64,000 nt of DNA from Clostridium hydrogenum (GTDB lineage Bacteria; Bacillota; Clostridia; Clostridiales; Clostridiaceae), in NCBI RefSeq assembly GCF_021432385.1, contig NZ_JAEACT010000002.1:502016-566015 (forward strand). The letters run 5' to 3'. The number at the start of each line of letters is the position of its first letter. The stretch's first letter is position 1. This document shows, piece after piece, positions 40,067 to 48,717 of this stretch. Below the pieces are notes generated by a model. That model saw only the letters and a list, made by a program, of their open reading frames with translations, had not been told where the DNA came from and did not search any database. A program made the position numbers and the translations under genes.

Positions 40067-41472
40067 TAATTATCAACTCTCTCTAAACTTTTTTTATAAT
40101 ACTCGTAACTATTGAAATTTGCCTCTGAAAAATTAATTGATAACTTTTTTACATTCTTACTAAAGTTTTTATACTCCTCTTTATTTGTAACAAGTTTAAC
40201 AAGGTTTAATATTACCCTTTCAGTTATAACCCTTTGAACAGCACATCTTGATTCTATTACACTTTTTTTATTTCCATTAAACAAAAGTGAACTTCCTTCA
40301 CACCATAATGTACATACTCTATTGCAGAAACATTTTTTACATTTTTCTATCTCCGAACGATCTACCTTTTTAAATTCGTTCATTTTATCTTTTATATTTG
40401 ATTCATTATCAAAAATTGATGATATTTTGTCTTTTTTAGCTTCATAATACATTTGGCATGGATAAAACACTCCATCTATAGTATAAAATAATGACTCCTT
40501 ACCTGCTGTACAGTATTTAGCTTTTCTTTTTGTTACTATATTTATAATTATATTCAAAATTGTAATCGGAACTGTCATACATTTTTCTTCATCCTGTAAC
40601 ATTTCAAAACAATAATCAACCATATCATAATAAAATGTTCTTATATTTCTTTCAAATTCTGTAGGTAACTCATTCACATTATTGTAATCAGCTATATATG
40701 TAGATACATTCTGAGCCCCTAGTTCATAAAAATTATTAAAATATTCATTTATACTTCCGGCATTATATGTTCTTAAAAATGCCTCTCCCACCGTAGACTC
40801 TACCTCAAAAGTATATCCTCTATCTCTTAGCAATTTTAAGTTATTTAAAACTGTATCATAAGATCCTCTACCATCCTTAAATACTCTCATAGAATCATGA
40901 CATTCCTTATTTGCATCCATGCTAATAGTCACAAGAACACTATGTTCAATTATAAACTCAACAATTTCATTTGTAAGTAATGTACCATTTGTAATTACAC
41001 TAAATAGTGGCTGAGTAATGTTCTTTTGTCTACAAACATCTTCTGCATAACATATAAATTTTTCTATCTCACTAAATCCAATTAATGGTTCTCCGCCAAA
41101 AAAATTAATTACCTTTACACCATCAGGATAATTATTTAGAATAAATTCAAAAATCTTCTTATAATCATCAAATACCATTACTTTGTTGCCTTTTCTATCA
41201 TAAGTACCAGCATTTGCAAAACAGTACTTACAAGCCAAATTACAAGTTTCTGATGAACATATTATAAGATGTTTTAACCAAGTTCTATCAATAACATTAT
41301 TGGGAGTAACCATATCTTTTATTTTATCATTCTTAAAAACTTCTTTAATTTTTAAATTTATTTCATCTGGTTTACTACTATATAAAGCGATACTTGACGT
41401 TTCTGCATTATATAATATTTTTGTATTTTCATCCCTATCAATTACGTATACATTATCATACATCTTGTTCAT
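40066..41472 (-). CDS. radical SAM / SPASM-domain peptide-modifying enzyme
   Basis: CxxxCxxC (ETCNLACKYCFANAG), a GGEP motif (FFGGEPLIG), and a C-terminal Cys-rich SPASM-like region (KYCTAGKESLFYTIDGVFYPCQ...CKKCFCNRVCTLWCEGSS...RCAV). About 70 aa of N-terminal extension precede the rSAM core. Confidence 0.85.
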   Translation of the reverse strand: MNKMYDNVYVIDRDENTKILYNAETSSIALYSSKPDEINLKIKEVFKNDKIKDMVTPNNVIDRTWLKHLIICSSETCNLACKYCFANAGTYDRKGNKVMVFDDYKKIFEFILNNYPDGVKVINFFGGEPLIGFSEIEKFICYAEDVCRQKNITQPLFSVITNGTLLTNEIVEFIIEHSVLVTISMDANKECHDSMRVFKDGRGSYDTVLNNLKLLRDRGYTFEVESTVGEAFLRTYNAGSINEYFNNFYELGAQNVSTYIADYNNVNELPTEFERNIRTFYYDMVDYCFEMLQDEEKCMTVPITILNIIINIVTKRKAKYCTAGKESLFYTIDGVFYPCQMYYEAKKDKISSIFDNESNIKDKMNEFKKVDRSEIEKCKKCFCNRVCTLWCEGSSLLFNGNKKSVIESRCAVQRVITERVILNLVKLVTNKEEYKNFSKNVKKLSINFSEANFNSYEYYKKSLERVDN

Positions 41473-41574
41473 TAACTTTTCCCCCTATGATATTTATTTT
41501 TTATATCCTTTTTAATATCGAGAAGCACTGCCAACAAAATTAATTGCTAGCAAGTGCTAAAGGTTATATATTAA

Positions 41575-41709
41575 CTAGCAGCAGTGATAGCCACCAAAAG
41601 AAAATCCACTTACAACTTCTTCAATCTCACTAAGATCATCAAATGAGACCATTTCTAAATTTTCTTCATCTAATATTTTGTTTTCATTTTCTCTTTCATT
41701 CTTTATCAT
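41575..41709 (-). CDS. RiPP precursor peptide paralog 1 (44 aa)
   Basis: GGAGGG RBS. Translation: MIKNERENENKILDEENLEMVSFDDLSEIEEVVSGFSFGGYHCC*. Not in the ORF track. Confidence 0.7.
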   Translation of the reverse strand: MIKNERENENKILDEENLEMVSFDDLSEIEEVVSGFSFGGYHCC

Positions 41710-41849
41710 AATAAACCCTCCCCTCTTATCTGATTATTTGTTTATAATCTTATTACCTTGTAAAGAACCATATGTTTATTTATTCATATTATTCAAATAT
41801 ATGTCATACAAGGTTAAAATTTTTTTATTATTTTCCTAACTAATCTTAA

Positions 41850-41984
41850 TTAGCAACAGTGATAGCCACCAAAAGAAAATCCACTTACAACCTCTTCAAT
41901 CTCACTAAGATCATCAAATGTAACCATTTCTAAATTTTCTTCATTTAATATTTTGTTTTCATTTTTCTCTTCATTTTTTGTCAT
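41850..41984 (-). CDS. RiPP precursor peptide paralog 2 (44 aa)
   Basis: RBS GGAGCG. Translation: MTKNEEKNENKILNEENLEMVTFDDLSEIEEVVSGFSFGGYHCC*. Confidence 0.7.
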   Translation of the reverse strand: MTKNEEKNENKILNEENLEMVTFDDLSEIEEVVSGFSFGGYHCC

Positions 41985-42033
41985 AATAAAACGCTCCTTT
42001 AATCTTTTAATTTACCATATTAACTATTCTAAA

Positions 42034-42168
42034 TTAGCAACAATATTGAGTTCCTGCAGAAAATCCACTTACAACCTCTTCCATTTCACTGAGATCATCA
42101 AATGTAACCATTTCTAAATTTTCTTCACTTAATACCTTGTTTTCATTTTCTTTTTCATTTTTCATCAT
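42034..42168 (-). CDS. RiPP precursor peptide paralog 3 (44 aa)
   Basis: RBS GGGGTG. Translation: MMKNEKENENKVLSEENLEMVTFDDLSEMEEVVSGFSAGTQYCC*. Confidence 0.7.
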   Translation of the reverse strand: MMKNEKENENKVLSEENLEMVTFDDLSEMEEVVSGFSAGTQYCC

Positions 42169-42252
42169 AATAAAACACCCCTTTTAATTTTTTTAATATA
42201 TAATAAACTCAATCAAAAATTATTAAAACTTTGTTATATTATCTATTGTTAA

Positions 42253-42387
42253 CTAACAACAATATTGACTTCCTGCAGAAAATCCGCTTACAACTTCTTC
42301 CATTTCGCTAAGATCATCAAATGTAACCATTTCTAAATTTTCTTCACTTAATACCTTGTTTTCATTTTCTTCATTATTCATCATCAT
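42253..42387 (-). CDS. RiPP precursor peptide paralog 4 (44 aa)
   Basis: RBS GGGGGGG. Translation: MMMNNEENENKVLSEENLEMVTFDDLSEMEEVVSGFSAGSQYCC*. Confidence 0.7.
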   Translation of the reverse strand: MMMNNEENENKVLSEENLEMVTFDDLSEMEEVVSGFSAGSQYCC

Positions 42388-42466
42388 TGCAAATCCCCCC
42401 CCTTCAAATTTTATAATTTCAATTAACTATTTAGTTTTACATTTATTTATTGATTGAATTTATATC

Positions 42467-43579
42467 TTAATTTGTGACTATGGAATTAACTTTTTTCATA
42501 ATTTCAGCCTCTATTTTGGAAACTTCCTCTAGTCTAATAATCAAATCTTTTAGAAATGAAATTTTGCATCCAATGTAATTTTTATTATTATATAGTTTTC
42601 TAATTATATATCTCCATTTGATACTTAAATCCATCATTTTTTGTGCTTCAATAACTAACTCATCACTTTTAATATCCTTTCCAAACATTATTAATGCCTT
42701 TGCTATCTCTTCTCTTTCAAAAGTGCTTGTCCCTATTATTAATCCTTTTCTAAGGATTTTTGATTGTAATGTAAAAATTTTACTTGTTATATCCTCCTTA
42801 TTGGTATATCTTTTAATCATATCTATAAATTCATTAAGATATTCTATTATATACTTATATGCATTTTTACCACTTGTGAAATAAACATTATCACAATATT
42901 GTGTTAACTTGCTTTCCTTTGAATAGTTATCAGAAAATATAGCTATTTGCCTTAATATCAGTGTTCTTAATTTATCCTTATCCAATGACATTTTACTGTT
43001 TTTTTCAATTATAAATGCTCGTCCACTTGGCGACATTGGATATATTTTACTTTGCCTACTTCTTTTAAAATCCTCATAATCTACACTTATATATTCCTCA
43101 GTACTTGCAAGTGAACTCAATATTAGCTTTTCTTCTAAAACCCCTATTACTATTCCAGAAGATATATTGCTAATTCTTGCACTATTTTTTTTATATCTAT
43201 CTAACATCTCACTAGTATCGAAATAATAAACTACAGTTTGTTTATTAGAAACATATTCTTTAATTTTCTCAAGTGAATCTGTATTTTCCTTATCTAATTC
43301 AAAAACATTAAAACCTAATGATTTCAAAACATATATTTCAACCTCCTCATCACCAGGAAATATCTGGCACAAGTTTAGTTTGTTATAATTCTTTATTAAA
43401 AAGAAATTTATAATATTATTTAGACTTAATAACAATATATATTCAAAGCTTACTTCTTCATTTTTTAACCTTAGTAAATCGTAGATACATTTAATTCTAC
43501 AATGCCTATTTCTTTCATGTATGCCTTTATACTTATAAAGTAATGAATCTTCCACTATACTCCCTCCAATTTTTTGCAC
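42467..43579 (-). CDS. hypothetical protein (370 aa) between the KS/ACP genes and the precursor array, candidate transferase
   Basis: Intact ORF with RBS. No motif I can assign with confidence. Its position suggests a role linking the ACP-bound product and the peptide. Confidence 0.5.
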   Translation of the reverse strand: MQKIGGSIVEDSLLYKYKGIHERNRHCRIKCIYDLLRLKNEEVSFEYILLLSLNNIINFFLIKNYNKLNLCQIFPGDEEVEIYVLKSLGFNVFELDKENTDSLEKIKEYVSNKQTVVYYFDTSEMLDRYKKNSARISNISSGIVIGVLEEKLILSSLASTEEYISVDYEDFKRSRQSKIYPMSPSGRAFIIEKNSKMSLDKDKLRTLILRQIAIFSDNYSKESKLTQYCDNVYFTSGKNAYKYIIEYLNEFIDMIKRYTNKEDITSKIFTLQSKILRKGLIIGTSTFEREEIAKALIMFGKDIKSDELVIEAQKMMDLSIKWRYIIRKLYNNKNYIGCKISFLKDLIIRLEEVSKIEAEIMKKVNSIVTN

Positions 43580-43602
43580 GAAAGTATTTTTTTATTAAAA
43601 AT

Positions 43603-45954
43603 CTATAATTTGCATTTTTTTAATATAACCGCACTATATGAGTGAGGATATGAGTAACTAGTAATCAAAATATTATTTATATCTGTTTTTAAACCTCTAC
43701 AATAGTAAATACTATTTTCATACAACTTATTTTCCCCACGCAATACCAATGCAGCATGTGCTATTTGCATTGAACTTGTTGCCGCTCGTCCTTCTCCTAA
43801 AATATCCTTAATTGAAATGATAGAAATATCGTTAAAAATATTCTTATAAATTTTTAGCTCCATCTCATCTATATTCTTATGCCCATTTGCAAGCCCCACA
43901 ATAGCCCCTATATCACAAGGATTTAATTTACACCGTTGTAATGCCATACTTATTGCGTACTTTAATCCTTCGCCATCATAATTAATTTTTGAAGAATCAT
44001 TATACATGCCATATCCCAAAACTTCAGCGTACTTCCTTCCATTTCTCTTATTGACGCTTTCTTCTGATTCTAAAACTATACTCCCAGCACCTTCAGTGAT
44101 TTCAAAACCATTATTTCTAAAGCTATCTGTTACTGAATTTTTATCATAGTTTGCCATATCATATGCTTTTTTTATGGTATCATTTATTTCATCTACCCCA
44201 GAAGCTATTATGCATTGGCTTCTATTTAGCTTTATTAAGTCATAGGAATAACAGAAACTATGAATTCCACTTTCTATACCATTTACTAATGTCGCTGTAT
44301 ATCCTTTTGCTTTTGTTATCATTGATAAATACCCTGCTGCGGTATTATATGATATACTTGGAAATAAAATTGCACTTGTGCCTTTAGTTCCCTTTTGTAT
44401 AATTTGCTTTATATAACTTTCAATTGTATTTATGGGTCCATCGCTTGTACCGACTATTATACCTACATCTTCTAATTGATTAAAATCAATTTTCGCATCA
44501 CTTATTGCATTTATCCCTGAAACAGTTAACATCTTTGAAAATCTATCCATTCTTCTTAAATACTTACTCTTAATACAATCAAATTTTTTTAAATTCTGCT
44601 CAAAATTTTCCATTTCATTTATATGCTTATCACCGTTTCTTTTTGTAAAAAAATCTATGTAGCTATCCTTACCTATTCCAAGGCAATTTACCATACCAAT
44701 TCCAGTTATAAATACTCTCGGTTGATTTAATTCCTCCGCTTTATATGAATTTACTTTCCTAGAAAATATAACAGACGAATTAACTCCACCAAAAGCTAAC
44801 GAATTAGACATTATATTATTTGTATTATACTTAATAAACTTATTAGGAATAAAATCCATATTATAATTTTGATTATTTTTATCAAAATTCATAGTTGGCG
44901 GTAATACATTATTCTCCATAGATTTTATTGATATTATCGCTTCTAATATGCCTGCTGCACCAAGGCAATGCCCTATCATCGATTTAGTTGAGCTTATCTT
45001 TATGGAATTTAATTTTTTTGCAAACAGTTTTTCATAACATCTTTTTTCAGTTGTGTCATTTAAATACGTTCCAGTTCCATGTGCATTTACATAATCTATA
45101 TCACTAGCATTTAATTTTGACATGTTTAAAGCAGACTCCATTGCTTTTAATTGAGTTTCTCCTGATGGTTCAGGTGATGTTACATGATATGCATCGCTTG
45201 TAGTTCCATATCCTAATACTTCACAATACATCTTTGCATTTCTTTTATTTGCATGCTCCAAAGATTCTACTATAATTATTCCTGCCCCTTCTCCTAATGT
45301 TAACCCATCACTTTTTGAAAATGGTGAACATTCATTACTAGATAATGCTTTTAAAGCATGGAATCCTGAAAACTGAGTATTACTAAGTGCATCAGCTCCA
45401 CCTACAATCATTACATCGACATTTCCTCTTTTAATCAAATCACATCCATATGCAATACTTATATTGGAAGATGCACACGCATCTGCAATACTTTCTACAG
45501 GACCACATATTTCAAAATATTCCGATATTTTTTCAGCAATATTTCTTATGCTGATTTTATCAATATCACTTTTAAAAATTTCCTTGCCCTTATCAATTTT
45601 TCTTAGGACGGTTTCACGTGAGTTCATTCCGCCCATGCAACTTCCTATAGCTATTCCTATTCTGCTTTTATCCAATTCACATATGTTTAACTGTGAATCC
45701 TCAATTGCCTCTATACATGCTTTTAAGGCCATCATTGTTGTATTATTTAATTCTTCTCTGATTTTAGAATGAAATTCGAAATTATCAATTTCAGCTCCTA
45801 CCATTGTATAACATCCATCAGTATTAACCTTGCTTAATTTTTTAAAACCAACTTTTCCATTTACTGTATTTAAAAAAGTATCATTTACATTTTCTCCATT
45901 ACAGCATGTACACCCCATACCAGTTACAACACATCTAATCATTTCCATCACCAC
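43603..45954 (-). CDS. tandem beta-ketoacyl synthase protein (KS + chain-length-factor-like second KS domain)
   Basis: Domain 1 carries the KS triad: active-site Cys in IADACASSNISIAYG, and His in VNAHGTGTYLND and SMIGHCLGAAG. Domain 2 (from about aa 410) is KS-like but lacks the active-site Cys (TSDGPINT), as in CLF/KS-beta. Confidence 0.8.
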   Translation of the reverse strand: MVMEMIRCVVTGMGCTCCNGENVNDTFLNTVNGKVGFKKLSKVNTDGCYTMVGAEIDNFEFHSKIREELNNTTMMALKACIEAIEDSQLNICELDKSRIGIAIGSCMGGMNSRETVLRKIDKGKEIFKSDIDKISIRNIAEKISEYFEICGPVESIADACASSNISIAYGCDLIKRGNVDVMIVGGADALSNTQFSGFHALKALSSNECSPFSKSDGLTLGEGAGIIIVESLEHANKRNAKMYCEVLGYGTTSDAYHVTSPEPSGETQLKAMESALNMSKLNASDIDYVNAHGTGTYLNDTTEKRCYEKLFAKKLNSIKISSTKSMIGHCLGAAGILEAIISIKSMENNVLPPTMNFDKNNQNYNMDFIPNKFIKYNTNNIMSNSLAFGGVNSSVIFSRKVNSYKAEELNQPRVFITGIGMVNCLGIGKDSYIDFFTKRNGDKHINEMENFEQNLKKFDCIKSKYLRRMDRFSKMLTVSGINAISDAKIDFNQLEDVGIIVGTSDGPINTIESYIKQIIQKGTKGTSAILFPSISYNTAAGYLSMITKAKGYTATLVNGIESGIHSFCYSYDLIKLNRSQCIIASGVDEINDTIKKAYDMANYDKNSVTDSFRNNGFEITEGAGSIVLESEESVNKRNGRKYAEVLGYGMYNDSSKINYDGEGLKYAISMALQRCKLNPCDIGAIVGLANGHKNIDEMELKIYKNIFNDISIISIKDILGEGRAATSSMQIAHAALVLRGENKLYENSIYYCRGLKTDINNILITSYSYPHSYSAVILKKCKL

Positions 45955-45959
45955 TCAGC

Positions 45960-46220
45960 TTAATTGATTTTAGTAATAATTAAATTAGCCAAGTCTCGTA
46001 TACATTTAATAGATTTCTCATCATCACTTGTAATTGTAATTCCAAACATATCTTCAGCAGTTGATGTTATTTCAATTATGTCTAGCGAATCTAATTCTAA
46101 TCCTCCATCAAAAAATTCTTGATCATATGTTAATCTTTCGGCATCAATATCTAGTTTTAACTTTTCAATTATTTCTTTCTTTAGCTTTGCACAAATATCC
46201 TCTTGACTATATTTCATCAT
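45960..46220 (-). CDS. acyl carrier protein
   Basis: 86 aa, acidic. Phosphopantetheine attachment motif GGLELDSLDIIEI, where the Ser of DSL is the attachment site. Confidence 0.75.
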   Translation of the reverse strand: MMKYSQEDICAKLKKEIIEKLKLDIDAERLTYDQEFFDGGLELDSLDIIEITSTAEDMFGITITSDDEKSIKCIRDLANLIITKIN

Positions 46221-46594
46221 TTATCCCCACTTTCATTTTTATTATATTCCCACAATAATATTTAACTTTTGTTAAAATACTAATTTACGTTTAGAATCGT
46301 ACAATTAGCATATTTTTTGATTTTAACAACCAATATGTAATATATTAAAATTATTATTTTACAATTCCTTATTTGTATTATACTTCCAATTAACTTTATA
46401 TTCAATACTTTTTTGTATTATTTTGCCAAATATATTTTTCTAACTATCAAGTTTCTGTAAATATAAAGCAAAAACACCTTAATTCATACTTTTTAAGTAT
46501 AAATTAAGGTGTTTTTATTAAATTTAGGTATAACACAAAAAGTGTAAATACATTTTTAATTATATATTTTAAATTATTTGCTACAAATGTTGAG

Positions 46595-47203
46595 TTACCT
46601 AAAAAGTTTTTCCCCAATCTCTACAAAGGCTTGGAACATTATAAACGCCCTCATATCCATTTTCACATCTTCTTTTAATAACTTTTTAACTTCATCTTGC
46701 GAAAGTAGCATTACTTCAATGTCCTCATCTTCCTCAAGAAACTCATTAGATACAGTTCCCTTGCAAGTGCAGAAAACTATTGCTGCTGATTCATCTGTCA
46801 TACCTGCTGAGGCATAAACCTTCTTTTTAGTTTTTTCATGATTTATTTCAATAAGTTCAAGTCCTGTTTCTTCTTTCAATTCTCTTGCAGCTGCAACATC
46901 AAAACTCTCATTTCCATCAACAAGTCCTGCTGGAAGCTCATATACATAATCATTTAAAGGAACCCTAAATTGTCTTACACATACTATTTTTTTACTTTCA
47001 ACATGAAGTGCAGCAATTATTGCAGCATCGACTCTCTCCTCTGCCCCTTCAAAATATTGTTTTTTAAGTGTTTCATAATCTTTTCTTGAAGCAATTGTCC
47101 AATGCTTTAAACTTCCCATTTTATTTTCATATTCTGCATCATAAAGACTCAAAAATTTTGATCCTGCCATGGTTGTTAACTTCTTTATTTTATTTTCTTT
47201 CAT
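46595..47203 (-). CDS. NUDIX hydrolase (ADP-ribose pyrophosphatase-like)
   Basis: NUDIX box PAGLVDGNESFDVAAARELKEETGL. The start is set at the ATG with RBS GAGGGTGA (MKENKIKK), not the upstream track ATG at 47239. Confidence 0.75.
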   Translation of the reverse strand: MKENKIKKLTTMAGSKFLSLYDAEYENKMGSLKHWTIASRKDYETLKKQYFEGAEERVDAAIIAALHVESKKIVCVRQFRVPLNDYVYELPAGLVDGNESFDVAAARELKEETGLELIEINHEKTKKKVYASAGMTDESAAIVFCTCKGTVSNEFLEEDEDIEVMLLSQDEVKKLLKEDVKMDMRAFIMFQAFVEIGEKLFR

Positions 47204-47231
47204 ATGTATCACCCTCATTTTCAAAAAAATC

Positions 47232-47270
47232 ATCCACATTCATACTATATATTTTAGCATAAATGTGGAT
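47232..47270. promoter_or_regulatory. conserved stem-loop motif, copy 1 (ATCCACATT-N21-AATGTGGAT)
   Basis: 9-bp perfect stem with the 21-nt loop CATACTATATATTTTAGCATA. A near-identical stem and loop recur at 50317..50355. Sits between an HK stop and the NUDIX start. Confidence 0.5.
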
Positions 47271-47286
47271 AAGTATGCTTTTATAT

Positions 47287-48717
47287 TTAATTTTCGTTTA
47301 AGAATCTTATAGCAATCCTTGTCCCTTTATTAACTTCACTTTCAACTTCAAGTTTAGCATTGTGAATCTTAGAAATTTGTGCACATATTGAAAGTCCAAG
47401 TCCTGAGCCATTATTACTTCTATCTCTTGATTTATCAACCATATAAAAGGGCTCAAAAATCTTATTTATATCTTCCTTTGGAATTCCAATTCCGTTATCT
47501 GCTATTTCAATAACAGGAGATTCCTTAACATATGCTCTTATATATATTTCACCATCATCTTGAGACGCCTTTATTGCATTATCCACAAGATTTGTTATTA
47601 AAATTATTATAAGCTCCCTATCCATGTTTATACATAAATCTTGTGCCTTAATTATTAGCTTAATATTTTTACTTTTTAATTTAGGTGTAATTAAAGCCTG
47701 TACCTCTCGAAGAAGCTCTTGTACTCTTTCCATTTTCATTATAGGCTTTTCTTCTCTTAATACAATCAAATCTCTAAGCTTTAAAGAAAGTTTTTGTAAC
47801 CTTTTTCCTTCTTTATATATGTACGTTAAACATTTTATATGTGTTTCTTCATCATATTTATCAGTTGTTCTTAAAAAATCAGCATATCCAATTATTGAAG
47901 TAAGCGGTGTTTTAAGCTCATGTGATAAATCATCTATAAATCTTTGCTTATCCTCTGAAATTCTCTCAAGCTCATTTATCTTATCTTCTATTACCTGTGC
48001 CATACAATTAAAATTTATTGATAAATTACTAATTTCATCATGTGATTTAATTTTGACCCTTTCAGAAAAATCCCCACTGGATATTTTTTTTGTAGATTTA
48101 ACAAGCTCATCTATAGGCCTAATTATAATTTTACTAAGCAATATCATAACTACAGCTAAAATCAAACATATTGCTATATTGGCCTTTATTAAAACATTAT
48201 ATAAGTACTTTCCATCTTCATATGCTTGCGAAATTTCCTTTACATATGTAATTTTATAAATATTTTTATTTAAATTAATTTTTTTATTTACAAACAAATA
48301 TGTATGTTTATTTATATCATGTATAAAGTAACTATAACTATTAAATGAAATATTCCATATACTTTTATTACTTATAATTTTCTCTTTAAAATTGGTGAAT
48401 ATAGTTTTGTTATTTTTATCACTTATGTACAAATATACATTTCTATCATTAAAGTAACTTGCATAAGCACATACCATAGAATCTATACTTTTCTTATCCA
48501 CCTTCAAATCATCACTAGGTGGATTTTTTTTATCTTCAAAAAACTTAATTGAAAGTTTTATAGAATCACAAAATTTATTTTCTTCAATCATACCTATATT
48601 TATTTCGTTTTGTAAATTACGTTCAAAGCTTCTATGTATTAAATACATGCTTGATGATACAAAAAATACTTCAAAAACTATTAAAGTACATAAAAATATC
48701 TTCTCCCAAAGTTTCAT
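47287..48717 (-). CDS. sensor histidine kinase
   Basis: Two TM segments and an extracytoplasmic domain. H-box LSHELKTPLTSI. HATPase_c N and G boxes (NLVDNAIKAS, DNGIGI, GSGLGLSI). Confidence 0.85.
   Translation of the reverse strand: MKLWEKIFLCTLIVFEVFFVSSSMYLIHRSFERNLQNEINIGMIEENKFCDSIKLSIKFFEDKKNPPSDDLKVDKKSIDSMVCAYASYFNDRNVYLYISDKNNKTIFTNFKEKIISNKSIWNISFNSYSYFIHDINKHTYLFVNKKINLNKNIYKITYVKEISQAYEDGKYLYNVLIKANIAICLILAVVMILLSKIIIRPIDELVKSTKKISSGDFSERVKIKSHDEISNLSINFNCMAQVIEDKINELERISEDKQRFIDDLSHELKTPLTSIIGYADFLRTTDKYDEETHIKCLTYIYKEGKRLQKLSLKLRDLIVLREEKPIMKMERVQELLREVQALITPKLKSKNIKLIIKAQDLCINMDRELIIILITNLVDNAIKASQDDGEIYIRAYVKESPVIEIADNGIGIPKEDINKIFEPFYMVDKSRDRSNNGSGLGLSICAQISKIHNAKLEVESEVNKGTRIAIRFLNEN

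Noticed and set aside
41540-42410. Four direct repeats of about 190-270 bp, considered as a non-coding tandem repeat or degenerate CRISPR-like array
   Set aside because: Each unit carries an RBS and an intact 44-codon ORF. Nucleotide differences are concentrated at synonymous or core positions while the leader amino-acid sequence is conserved, so these are duplicated genes.
46258-46595. Searched intergenic regions for tRNA/rRNA genes and CRISPR arrays
   Set aside because: No cloverleaf-compatible segments, rRNA-like conserved blocks or repeat-spacer arrays were seen. These AT-rich intergenic regions look like promoter and UTR sequence only.
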